Below, piece after piece: positions 12,021 through 22,840 of a stretch of DNA of 64,000 bases (positions within the stretch are counted from its first letter, which is position 1; each line of letters begins with the position of its first letter). Both the position numbers and the translations under genes were made by a program. The notes beneath the pieces were generated by a model. It ran no database searches. It was not told the DNA's origin and saw nothing but the letters and a program-made list of their open reading frames with translations. The DNA lies in contig NC_083290.1 of NCBI RefSeq assembly GCF_963506605.1, positions 25,296,001 to 25,360,000 of the forward strand. Reading direction: 5' to 3'. This DNA is from Zootoca vivipara (lineage: Eukaryota).

Positions 12021-12470
12021 GCACCCCCACTATGACCCCTTCTCCGCCGCCCTGCCGGCTCCTGACTTTTCCTCCTCCCTCCCCTCCCGCCTTCCTCTCC
12101 CCTCTCTGCCCCATCCCAGAGGCGCCCGTCCCTCGGAGCGCCTCTGCCTCCGACGCGCTTCCCCGCTTTGCTTGTAGCTCTTGGCTCCGCTACGCAACTC
12201 TCCGGTTTCCATCGGAGTTGGGGAGGAGGGAGAGAGGAGGGTGGGGAGGGGGAAAAGAAGGCCGGCCGGCGGAGCTGGCTTGCGGCCTCCTTCGCCAGAG
12301 TAAGCGGTCCTCCTTCTTCCCCAAGCAGCCGGGAGCGCCAGCTTGCCAGCCCAGCCGCAGAGCGCCGCCGCCGCCGCGTGAGTATTGCAGATCCACGCGG
12401 GCTGGTGGGCTAGGGAGACTGGGCGGCCGGTTGCTAACTTGCCTGCTTGGGGCTGCCGTTTCTCCCGACT
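11990..12470 (+). promoter_or_regulatory. C1QTNF5: CpG island: probable C1QTNF5 promoter and non-coding first exon, donor GC|GTGAGT at 12378 (alternative GA|GTAAGC at 12300)
   Basis: Sharp rise in GC and CpG, (GCC)n run directly before a consensus donor, G-rich tract 12220-12252. The next coding exon has an acceptor 11 nt before its ATG, so it needs an upstream exon. Confidence 0.7.
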
Positions 12471-13702
12471 TTGCTGACACCACCTTGCTTTTGTTTTGGG
12501 ACCGACACGATCCCTTTAGAAGATCATCCGGGAGTTGGGAAATGCCTAGCGAGAGGAGATTTTGCTTTATTTGGGATTGATTTTAATCCGAGACACCCAA
12601 AAGCCTTGCCCCCCCCAAAATGCACTAGAAGAAAGAGCTGTTTACTTGGGGTAATTGATATAAAAATGGCCAAAGTTTGTGGCTTTTAAGAAAGAATGGC
12701 CTGATCCGGAACCCACCAAGGGGCGAGTGGGGTGGTGGTGGTCTGGATTCCAATTTCGAACTAGTCCGGTTTTTATTGAGTATTCATTCTGATTTGTTCC
12801 GCAGTGGTGATCCTAATTTGCTTGTGGGGTGTTTATGCATCTTCCCATGAATTAGTCATTCATCCCACACTTTTCAATGCATTTTCCCACCACTTTCTCA
12901 GCCACCAAAAGTCTGGGTTGGTTGTTGTTGTTGTTGTTTTAAGTGGATTTGTTGCTCCAGGGGAAGAGAGTGCTGTAATCTACTTGAATTGCGCAAACCT
13001 AGATTTCCTGGGGTGCTCTTGAAGCCTTCCTGAAAAATAACATACAGGATACGCCCAGAGGAGCATCTGGTGAACATTCCAGAATTTGAACTCAGGTCTC
13101 CTGGTCCTAACCACTATGTGCTAGGCCACTCTGACTCTTGGGAAGGTGTGGGAATGAGGGCCTTTGATTGCTGCAAGTGCCCCACAGGTTGGAAAGAAAG
13201 TCAACCATTCTGGTCTGATATTCACCATTATATCTCACGCACAGACAAAGGTAACCTTCACGTTATATGCAAAAGTTACTGCTACTTGCAATCCACAGGT
13301 AGGAGACTAATACTAAAAGTCAGTAGTGAAACTTGGTTTTTGCTTATTGCTTAAAAGGGCCTTGTGCCCTATATTCTCAACATCATTGCAACAGTCCTGC
13401 TAAGTTGGCCTGTTTTATTAACCCCATTTTGCAATCCGTTGTAGATCAGACAGACCAGTAGAAATCCTAGAGCCGTGAAGACAGAACTATATGCCAATGG
13501 CTCATTTTTCTGCCTATATTAGTACAGTTGCATGCCACCCCAGTCTGAGCTATGCGAGATTCCAGGGACACCAGGGATTACCCAGGGTTTGGTTTCCTCA
13601 GAATGAGGGACAACGTAGACTGGTATCTTTATGGTACCATAAAGATATATACAACCTTGTATATATACCACTGGTATATATACAACCTGAGCCTGAGTGT
13701 AT

Positions 13703-13847
13703 GGGGTATTAGGGGGAGGGTAGTACCTTCCCTGGGAGGGCACCCCATCCTGGACTCAGCTCTCACCTATGGCTCCTAGAAGCTGTGAGCATGTGACAGC
13801 AACCACACCCTGGGAATGGCTTTGGCTGGCTGGCTAAACCAGGTGAG
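13703..13847 (+). ncRNA. Degenerate HDV-like self-cleaving ribozyme fold
   Basis: P1 GGGGUAU(13703-09)/ACACCCU(13805-11); P2 CUCACCU(13762-68)/AGGUGAG(13841-47); P3 GGC/ACC; L3 UCCUAG; P1.1 CC/GG(13812-13); J4/2 GCUAA with C13834. The elements occur in HDV order. Confidence 0.6.
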
Positions 13848-14034
13848 GGTAGCTGATGGGTCTCAACGCCTTGGTGAGTTAGGGACCTCCCCTGCATGCA
13901 AAGACAGGCTCTGGCAGATTGAGTGGACAAGACCAATTGTCTCTTGATCAATGGTCAAGAAAGTAGTTTCTGCACGTGCTTTAGGGGGAAGGGGCAGATG
14001 GGGCTTGTCAACCTGGGAAAAACTCTGATCCTCC

Positions 14035-14259
14035 TCCTCCCCCTCCCCCTCCTCCTCCTCCTCCTCCTCCTCCTCCTTTGGCAATCACTCGTATCCGAGT
14101 AAGATTGTCTTCCATAAACACAGTTTTAACAATGGGTCTGTAAGTGACTGTGGAGGCCAATTCTGGATCCACACGTCCTTCCACAGTGGGGACATTGGTT
14201 TCCAGGTGGGAGTTGATCATGGTGTGGATTTGTGCCAAGCGTGCCTTCCTCTTAGCATC
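14035..14259 (-). mobile_element. 5'-truncated RTE LINE 3' end with (GGA)n tail
   Basis: Homologous to 14575-14775. 12-bp TSD ctctgatcctcc (14023-34, 14260-71). Confidence 0.85.
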
Positions 14260-14559
14260 CTCTGATCCTCCACTGCCTTGCTGGATATATTTGGGAGAAG
14301 AAAAAGCTAAGGAGTAAACCCTACCCAAATCCGGAGACCCTAAGACGGTTGGATGGTGCCTTGTGCACCTCCTTACGGCAACTCCTACAGCCAAGCTAGT
14401 GCCAAACGTCTTGCTCTGCTTCCCTGTGGACCCCACCAATGAGGCCAAAAGTCTTGGTGTCTGGGCAGTTCAGGACCTCCATACACACTGCCCAGGCTTG
14501 CACCCCTAGGAGGTCACTTCAGTGCTGATAATGCAGCAGTTTGACTTCACACACACACA

Positions 14560-15050
14560 TCCTTCTTCTTTCTCTTCTTTGGTGATCACTTGTAGCCAAG
14601 TGAGATTGTCTTCCATGAACACGGTCTTAGCAGTGAGTCCGTAAATGACTGTGGAGGCCAATTCTGGATCCACACGTCCTTCCACAGTGCGGACATAGGT
14701 TTCCGGATGGGAGTTGATCACGGTGAGGGTTTGCCAAATGTGCCTTCCTCTTAGCATGTTTCTCCCTTTCATCCTGAGTTTGAGCATGTTCAAAGTCCAC
14801 AGCACCTTTGGTCAAGGCTGTTCTCCAGTTGGAGCACTCTCAGGCCAGTGTTTCCCAATTGCCGGTGTTTATACTACATTTTTAAAGATTTGCCTTGAGA
14901 GAGCCTTTAAACCTCTTTTGTTGACCACCAGCATTACGCTTTCCATTTTAAAGTTCGGGATAGAGTAGTTGCTTTGGAAGACGATAGTCAGGCATCCGAA
15001 CAACATGACCAGTCTTCAGCCAGTTGATGTTGAAGAATTGTTGCTTCAAC
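14560..15050 (-). mobile_element. RTE-clade LINE 3' fragment, degraded ORF C-terminus
   Basis: Minus translation contains RLPKQLLYPEL..GKR..GGQQKRFK and ends CPHCGRTCGSRIGLHSHLRTHC (RTE C-terminal zinc finger). (GAA)-type tail. Confidence 0.85.
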
Positions 15051-16099
15051 ACTCACCCCACTACACCCCCAGTCCTCACTAGGCCCAGGCAATGCTGAAA
15101 GAATGTAAAGCATTGAGATTTTGGATGGGTTTGCTGCATTCCAGTCCTATTAGCTATGGCTAAATCCCAAAGCTGAAACTTATAGGAGCTCTTAAGACAA
15201 CCTGGACACTTGCAAAAAGTGGCAAAAGATGGCAGAGGGAGGAGGGAGAGGGGAAGAAATGACAAAGGAAAGGAGAAGTAGATGAGCAAGTTGTCAGGAC
15301 AGGCTGGCTGGCTGGCAGGCAGGCAGAAGGAGGGTAAAACCAGGACAAAAGTTCATAGGCTGATTCTGTGGTTTGAAGGCTGTGTTGCCTGCCCGGCTGG
15401 CTCCTGGCATCAGTCGTGCCTCTAGAGGACTAGCCTCTTGGGAGGCTCTGACTTCTTTCCTCTGATTCCATGGGAGACAAAAGGAGCGTGACATCCCAGA
15501 CAGTTGCTTAAGAGCCAGTTCACATTTTCTCCTCTCTGTCTCTCTTTCCCCTGCCCCCATCACTCACCACAAAATACACAAAATGCAGCTCAGGAAAGCC
15601 AGAGAATACTGAGCCATTTGAAGCTCCCAACTGTTCCAAGGGAATCATATGCATTAATGGATTTAGGTTGCACAATTGCTAGTCTTACAGTTGGATTAGG
15701 GTGTGGAGGCTCCCTGGGAGATAAACCATGGGGGTGGGTGTCTAAGAGGCAATACTCTGCTCTGGTTTTGCTGGAATTCTTCTAACTGTTCACAAAACAG
15801 TTGCTGCGATTAATTTCTGTGGGGAGAGGTGGAATGCTAACCTGATTAAAAACCAGTTGGACCTGGAATCTTAGCTGCAGGTCTGTGGGATGAGGAAGGT
15901 GAGATAAAGACATTCTGCACATGCTCAGTGGCGCCATCTTTCACATTAAGCCAGCCGGAAAGTTGTGTGGATTAAACAAAGATGGGGAGAACCTTGTGTT
16001 CCTTGGAGGTGGGATAGCCATATAATAAATGAATAATAATAAATATTCTTGACTGACTAAAACTCTGGAAATCTAATGCACCAGGGAGCAACATAAAAT

Positions 16100-16290
16100 C
16101 ATAGGAAGCTACCTTAGACTGAGTCGCACCCTTGATCCATCAAGCTCTGTACTATCCACACAGTTTGGCCATGACTCTCCAGGGTTTCAGACTGGGGACG
16201 TTCCCGGTCCTACTTGGGAATGCAAGGATTGGACCCCACAGACTTTCTGCATGCAGAGCAGATGCTCTCCCACTGAGCTGGACCCCTTCC
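16100..16290 (-). mobile_element. tRNA-headed SINE with CR1-like tail (second copy at ~34675-34860)
   Basis: gctcagtgggagagcatctgctctgcatgcagaaag head on the minus strand; tail ends ...cttcctatg. Confidence 0.6.
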
Positions 16291-16800
16291 CTTGCTCAGT
16301 CTAGTCTAGGTCAAGCATTCTAGCTTAGTTCTTTCCAGCTGCACTTCTTCCTATTTGCAGTGATTTTTTTGTTTTGTTTTAACTGTATGGGAGAACATAA
16401 AAAGAGCCGAGCTACTTGGTCTGACCAAAGGCCCATCTAAATAGCCCAGCATCCTCACAGAGACCAATCAGATACTGGTGGGAAGCCAGCAAGCAAGACC
16501 CGAGGGGAACAGTACTCCCCCCGCCCCTTGTTATTCCCAGCAACTGGTATTCAGAGGCTACTGAATACTAAACCAGTCATACTGCAGACAGTACATAGGC
16601 ATCACAACTTGTAGCTACTGGTAGTCTTGGATTTGTTTAATCTTTTAAAGCCATCCAGTTGGCAGCCATCACTGCCTCTTCTGGAGAAAAGAAACACCAA
16701 CAGTTAACTATGTTAGCTGGCAAACTTGAGAAGGCTGGGGAACGCAGAGATGGTCTCAGCTGCTAGGCAGGTTTATATGGGGGCAAAGCAGTCCTTAAGG

Positions 16801-17118
16801 CAGGCATAGGCAACCTTGGCTCTCCAGATGTTTTGGAACTACTGTACAACTCCCATGAACCCCCTAAAACACATATTCAAATATCTACTCACGTTATTCC
16901 TACTAAATAGGTGGACAGATTCTTTGAAGACATTTCACCAAAATGAACTTTTGACACAGATGCTGCCAGGATTGCTATACCACTGGCACCCCCAAACTTC
17001 AGCCCTCCAGATGTTTTGGACTACAATTCCCATCTTCCCTGACCACTGGCCCTGTTAGCTAGGGATCATGGGAGTTGTAGTTCCAAAACATCTGGAGAGC
17101 CAAGTTTGCCTATGCCTG
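16801..17118. mobile_element. Chimeric hAT MITE carrying an inverted copy of 23142-23357
   Basis: Outer TIRs caggcataggcaacc / gtttgcctatgcctg; TSD ccttaagg/ccttatgg. Internal 16865-17080 is the reverse complement of 23142-23357. Confidence 0.9.
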
Positions 17119-17353
17119 CCTTATGGCATCCCAGGGTCAGATTTAATAGGCCTAATTACCTAGGGCGAGTAGGAATTTCATGCAGGTGACCATTCAAGGA
17201 AGGTTTACTAAACTTGGTCCTTTGGGGGCATAAATGCATTGGATCAGGTAAGCTTTAAAATAATTTCATTTGTGGACCTATTTGCAAAAAAACCACTTCC
17301 CTGAAACCTTTTGGAGGTATTTGACAAACCTTCTCTCTGTAGACCGCCTAGAA

Positions 17354-17573
17354 ATGGAGTACACCGTCTACCTCTTCCTCTTCCTGCTTACATTGACCAC
17401 AGACTCTGTCCAGATTGAGGACAATAAGATCCCCAACCTTTGCGCTGGGCACCCTGGAATTCCAGGCACCCCCGGGATCCATGGTAACCAAGGCCTGCCA
17501 GGCAGAGATGGACGTGACGGGCGTGACGGAGCAGCAGGGATGCCAGGAGAAAAGGGTGAAGTTGGTCAAGCAG
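17354..17573 (+). CDS. C1QTNF5: C1QTNF5 (CTRP5) first coding exon: signal peptide and start of collagen domain
   Basis: Acceptor tctctctgtag (exon starts at 17343), ATG at 17354. [59 protein letters not shown] closely matches human [20 protein letters not shown]...[10 protein letters not shown]. Donor G|GTAAGG. Confidence 0.96.
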
Positions 17574-18335
17574 GTAAGGGCACCTCTGCCTTAGGAGGAT
17601 CTCTAAGGCCTGAAGGAAAACTTTTGGGCTTTAGGTGCAGATGAGGCAGTTGTGGGTGGGTGGGGAGAGCACTAGTATTTCCAGGTCCATTTCTATCATG
17701 CTAAGCAAGCTAATTCTGTGGAAGCCAAGAAGTGGGTAAGCCCAGCATTATTGTCTCTCAGTGTATTGGGGGAAGGAGTCCACTCTGTGTTAAGTTATCA
17801 ACTCCATAGAGCAGGGCCAGCCTGTCTGGGGACCCATTTTTGTCTATGCGGACAGCCAGCTGGTTTTCAGAGCTATGCAAGCCCCAACCATCAGCAGCTG
17901 GGCATGGCTAAAATGGCCTTGCAAGCCAACTGGGCAGGCCTGGCGGAAGTAATAAGGCCTGTGGGCTGGAAGTTCCTCACCCCTTTGAGGGAAACGAGGT
18001 CATTTAAATTAAGGCCCAAAGTTCTAACTATTGTAGTCGCCACAAGCGAGACATGGGGATAGCTGGTGTTTTGCTTTGTTCTGAGTTCTCTCTTTTTTGT
18101 CAATTAATTTTTATTGCTTTTCAAAAATAAAAAAAAACCTCAACAAATTAACATCAAATTAATTCAAATTTAATACAAATTTGAAAGTTTACTTCCCACC
18201 CACCCCTATCTTGATGTTTCTCTTCCCTTCCTTACTCGCTGCTCAATGTTACAAAATTTCCTAATTCCATTTTGAGAGAAGAGTAAGATAAAAAATATAA
18301 AAAGTTAGCAAAAGATGCAAGTGAAGAACTTCCGA

Positions 18336-18475
18336 NNNNNNNNNNNNNNNNNNNNNNNNNNNNNNNNNNNNNNNNNNNNNNNNNNNNNNNNNNNNNNNNN
18401 NNNNNNNNNNNNNNNNNNNNNNNNNNNNNNNNNNNNNNNNNNNNNNNNNNNNNNNNNNNNNNNNNNNNNNNNNNN
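18336..18475. other. Assembly gap (140 N)
   Basis: Run of n. Confidence 1.
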
Positions 18476-18618
18476 CTACTTTTTAACCCAGGAAAATCTT
18501 CTCAAAAGTCGGGGGTCATCTTATACGCTGGGTCGTATTTCTTATACGGCGAGTATATCCCAAACTCTATATTTTAACTGGAAAAGTTGGGGGTTGTCTT
18601 ATGCGCAGGAATATATGT
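18476..18618. mobile_element. Tc1/mariner (Tc2/pogo-like) MITE, cut by the gap; inverted homologue at 57115-57376
   Basis: tcttatacg repeats; reverse complement of 57220-57352. Confidence 0.75.
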
Positions 18619-18652
18619 GTGTGTGTGTGTGTGTGATAAACACACACACATA

Positions 18653-18903
18653 CAGTGGTACCTCGGTTTTCGAACGTCTTCATTGTTGAACATTTCAGTT
18701 TTCGAACGCTGTAACCCCAGAAGTAAATGCTTCGGTTTTCGAACATGCCTTGGAAGTCAACCTGGAAATGCGGCTTCCGTATTGAATTTTCCATATTGAG
18801 TTTTCCATTCTGAGGCTTCTGTACTGAGTTTTCGGTTTTCAAACATTTCAGAACTCGAACGGTCTTCTGGAATGGATTATGTTCGAAAACCAAGGTACCA
18901 TTG
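18653..18903. mobile_element. Tigger/pogo-like MITE
   Basis: TIRs cagtggtacctcggttttcgaac / gttcgaaaaccaaggtaccattg, flanked by TA. Confidence 0.85.
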
Positions 18904-19274
18904 TATATAAAATCACCCTCAGTCCATGCAAAAAAATAATAATATTTAAAACCTTCAGTCCATGCAAACATCCATTTTCTCCACTTTCTGTTAAACAATA
19001 TCTTTAAAGTCAGGGTGCCTCAGAATCATTCGTTTCTTTTCCCTAGGAAAAGTCCAAGGCAGGTTCCATAAATATTAATAAATGTTAGCCATCTGTTTCT
19101 TTTAGTTTTACCTCTGTTAATTCACGTCACCATTACTCCATATTGCATAGTACTAAATTCTTCCATCCATATCCGTGCTAAAGCCTCTCCAGGGTGAAAA
19201 CACATCAGATCCGTATTCCATTCTCAAACATATCCTAACACTGTCCTTGGTTGTTGTTTTTTCATTCCGTAAAG

Positions 19275-19792
19275 GAGCAGTGGGCCCCACAGGAGAAAGA
19301 GGTAGCCCTGGCCTCAATGGGTTCCCCGGAGAGAAAGGGGCTCCGGGAGAGTGCGCAGTGGCTCCCCGCTCAGCCTTCAGCGCCAAGCGCTCCGAGTCTC
19401 GCAGCCCTCCCTTGGCCGATGAGCCGATCGTCTTCGACGTGGTGCTGGTCAACGAGCAGGGACATTACGACAGCAACACGGGGAAGTTCCTCTGCGAGAT
19501 TCCAGGGCTGTACTACTTCGCTGTCCATGCCACCGTCTACCGCATGAGCCTCCAGTTCGACATTATGAAGAATGGCAAGTCGGTGGCCTCCTTCTTCCAG
19601 TTCTACGGGAACTGGCCCAAGCCCACATCGTTGTCCGGTGGCACCCTGGTGCGGCTGGAGCCGGAGGATGAAGTCTGGGTGCAGGTGGGGGTGGGGGACT
19701 ACCTCGGCTTCTACTCCAGCATCAAGACAGATAGCACTTTCACAGGATTCCTGGTCTACTCCTACTGGCAAAACTCTCCCGTCTTTGCCTGA
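19275..19792 (+). CDS. C1QTNF5: C1QTNF5 terminal coding exon: end of collagen domain and C1q globular domain (total protein 245 aa)
   Basis: The Gly-X-Y register continues across the phase-1 junction. [12 protein letters not shown]...[17 protein letters not shown]...[20 protein letters not shown] closely matches CTRP5. The Ser equivalent to human S163 is retained. Confidence 0.97.
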
Positions 19793-20189
19793 GAGACGAC
19801 TTGCCTCTCTCCGCCATGCAATTTGCGGAGAATTCCCGCGTTCCCTTTCTTAGCTCCGCCACGGCTGTCGTCCGTGGGGATACCTGTGGCCCTTCTTAAC
19901 CCGAGGGGTGTGGCACCCCTTTAGCTAATGCCTGTAATAGGGTTGTCGGTTCCTCCCAGAAGGTGTCTGGCAAACCCTCAGGCCAAGGTCGGGATAGCTG
20001 TGCAGCAGAGAAGTAAAGTGACCTTTGTAGCGCACTAGCAAACAGTGTACTCCTTGCGGAGTAGATTTGTTTTCTTTCTATATATATATACACACACATA
20101 CATATTTAGGGCTCTGCCCCCCTTGCTTCGCTCGCCAGCCCCACCTACCCCTTTGGTAACCACCCTGCCCCACATCAGATGTCAAATGA

Positions 20190-20360
20190 CAATATGACTT
20201 TTAGAAGACATCTGAAGGCAGCCCTGTAGAGGGAAGTTTTTAATGTCTGGTGTTTTATTGTGTTTTTATATTTTGCTGGAAGCCGCCCAGAGTGGCTGGG
20301 GCAACCCAGTCACAGATGGGTGGCATATAAATAATAAAATTATTATTAATAATATTATTA
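20190..20360 (+). mobile_element. L2-type LINE 3' end (further copies at ~30090-30240 + and ~33813-33985 -)
   Basis: tctgaaggcagccctg...gaagccgcccagagtggctgggg...gatggg followed by an (AAT/TAT)n tail. Confidence 0.7.
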
Positions 20361-20844
20361 TCATCTGACTAACCACCCTCCCTTTACACCCCCTTGTCCT
20401 CCCCTCACAGCTCGCCCAAACCTCCACACCTTTTATAAAGGAGGAGGGAGGCACAGTTGACTGAACTTCTCTATGAAGCACCTCTCCTTCTTCTGTCAAA
20501 CCTCACTGCAGGCATGTTTGACAGAGGTCGGCCAAGCGCCATTCAAGAGCTCACCTGGGCTACCCTGCCATTTCTCGTGCTGCAGCTGACGTGGCCATCT
20601 GTTGGCGGCCCTGTGAACTGCAGAGCATGACATTAAATCCTTTTGTTTGTACAGTACAGTATAGAGAGAGAGAGAGAGAGACAGGCCGTCCTTTCCTACA
20701 GTTCCTCAGAAGCAGTCCAACTGGTAGGGGCTGGTGTATTTCTGCAGCTCCTCCCTGTCAAAGGGGAAGGAGGGTACAGAGCAAGAGAGCTCGGATCAAA
20801 CCCCTGTTAAACCATGAAATCAAACTTAATTTGTATATGGCATT

Positions 20845-20998
20845 TAGGGCCGGGCAGTATCTGGTTTTCAACATCGTGATATATCACCAGCTAAACCTTG
20901 TGATATACCAGGGGAGCTGGCAGAGTTAACAGGGGCTGCAGGAATCAAGAGAAGCATTAGCTGGCTTCATGATTTTCCCCACATTGTGATTTTTGCAT

Positions 20999-21033
<35 letters not shown>

Positions 21034-21136
21034 TTTGATTCCCGATATATTCCCAGGCCAAAAATGACGGACCCAATATCATGATGTGGACTTCAAATCG
21101 GTTTTGGGTGATATATTGATATATCACCTAGCCCTA
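20845..21136. mobile_element. hAT MITE with TAGGGC termini, containing a (CA)n tract
   Basis: Perfect 8-bp TSD atggcatt; tagggc...gcccta ends with subterminal gatatatc motifs. Confidence 0.85.
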
Positions 21137-21263
21137 ATGGCATTGCAGAGAGAAATTAGAGTAATCACACAAATGAAAAATGCCACAGAAGGAATTATTT
21201 AAAAACAACAGTAATTGTGTGAATGGGTCTTTTCCCATGTTATCTTCTTAGCATGCACAGAAG

Positions 21264-21460
21264 CAGGGGCGTAGGAAGATAGGGGTGGTGGGGGCAGGGC
21301 ACCCCATCGCGGGTGCCCGCCTCACCCCCAAAACGCACGCCCTGCCCCAAAACGCATGACCTGCGCACGGCGCACCCTGCCCCCAAAATGTGCAACCCGC
21401 CCCGCCCCCAAAACGTGTGCCACGTCCCTGGGGGCAGCGCGCCTGCTCTCCGCCACTACA
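21264..21460. mobile_element. GC-rich MITE-like element with internal gccccaaaa repeats
   Basis: caggggcgtag ... ctccgccact imperfect termini; CpG-rich without promoter context. Confidence 0.5.
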
Positions 21461-21508
21461 CAGAAGCCTCCCTGCCCTCTCTTGCTTTGGCAGCCTGTAG
21501 TGACTGTT

Positions 21509-21570
21509 GGCGTGCTATGGTCCATGGGGTCACGAAGAGTCGGACACGACTAAACGACTAAACAACAACA
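21509..21570 (+). mobile_element. BovB/RTE extreme 3' end
   Basis: gtccatggggtcacgaagagtcggacacgactaaac plus a (CAA)n tail; TSD agtgactgtt. Confidence 0.85.
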
Positions 21571-21580
21571 AGTGACTGTT

Positions 21581-21810
21581 AGGGTGGTGCTGTGGTCTAA
21601 ACCACTAAGCCTCTTGAGCTTGCTGATCATAAGGTTGGCAGTTTGAATCTGTGTGACGGAGTGAGCTCCCGTTGATCTGTTCCAGCTCCTGACAACCTAA
21701 CGGTTCAAAAGCATGCAGTGCAAGTAGATAAATAGGTACCGCTCCAGTGGCAACCCCAGAGTCATTCACAACTGGACTTAATTATCAGGGGTCCCTTAAC
21801 CTTTACCTTT
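21581..21810 (+). mobile_element. Sauria SINE with internal deletion
   Basis: Head and ACCTTT tail present, middle missing; TSD agtg(a/g)ctgttag. Confidence 0.85.
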
Positions 21811-22524
21811 TAGTGGCTGTTAGAAGGGTCCAACAGCCACTACAGGCAGCCACAGATCCAGAGTCTTCTTGTGCAACATTCCCAGCAATGAAAGGGGCCC
21901 ATCACTGCTCACTCATTAATTTTTAACCTAAAAAGGACTGGAAACCGAGGCTGTGTTGTTTTCCATCTGGTAGGAAAAGAGCCTCTTTCCTATTAGGTAG
22001 CCCGGGGCAAGATAAAGGTTGCAAGCTGACTGCTCTGCTCACAGCCCAACTGCAGAGAATATATATATATATCAGAAAGGGTGCACAAATTCTCATTCAT
22101 GGACCAAGCAGCAATAAAAAGTTTAGCCGCCCTATATGTTATAGATGTGTGGCATGAGTTATCCACTAGGGGGCTCCCTGAGCCCAAAGTTTAAAAAAAT
22201 TTGCTGGCCAAGTTAGTTAACCCTAGAATGGATTTTGTTTGTACGATTGTTTCACGCATGACATTTCTTTTTTCCTACATGGAAATTTGAGTCTGTTAGT
22301 CTATTATTCCTGACTGCAAAGGATGTGTATATGTATATATTCACTCTTTTGTTCTCAGTCCTCCGAAGTGTCTTAAATATAAATGAAAAGATTTGGGTGC
22401 TGTTTCATATCTCTGTATGGCGGGGTGAGTATCAGTGTTTGGAGAGATCTTTTCTTACTGGTAGAAAGCAGTTTGGAGGGAGGTGTTGCAATGTTTCTTC
22501 CGACTCAACATTTTACAGCAGCCC

Positions 22525-22530
22525 AATAAA
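22525..22530 (+). terminator. Candidate C1QTNF5 polyadenylation signal (alternative at 22113-22118)
   Basis: AATAAA in non-repeat sequence downstream of the stop codon. No transcript evidence. Confidence 0.3.
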
Positions 22531-22567
22531 GAGAAAATAAGTGGGTGACATCCCCCCCCCCCACATT

Positions 22568-22840
22568 AAGGTAAAGGTAAAGGGACCCCTGACCATTAGG
22601 TCCAGTCGTGACCGACTCTGGGGTTGCGCGCTCATCTCGCATTATTGGCCGAGGGAGCCGGCGTATAGCTTCCAGGTCATGTGGCCAGCATGACAAAGCC
22701 GCTTCTGGCAAACCAGAGCAGCACATGGAAACGCCGTTTACCTTCCCTGTGAGCTCACCCCGTCACAGGGATTCGAACTGCCGACCTTCTGATCAGCACA
22801 TCCTAGGCTCAGTGGTTTAACCACAGCGCCACCTGGGTCC
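22568..22840 (-). mobile_element. Sauria SINE with internal deletion
   Basis: (AAAGGT)n tail and head at right; TSD-like Cn(a/g)cattaa on both sides. Confidence 0.88.

Larger units (their letters stand above)
13703..14550 (+). mobile_element. Non-autonomous element resembling an RTE-clade 5' UTR, interrupted at 14035-14259
   Basis: Motifs gctaaaccaggtgagggtagc, gggcttgtcaacctggg, aaaactctgatcc, ctccactgccttg and ggagtaaaccc, recognised from RTE 5' UTRs. The sequence resumes across the inserted piece. Confidence 0.6.

Noticed and set aside
12032-12580. 182-aa ORF in the CpG island
   Set aside because: GC-rich stop-poor sequence with no recognisable domain; it crosses a splice donor.
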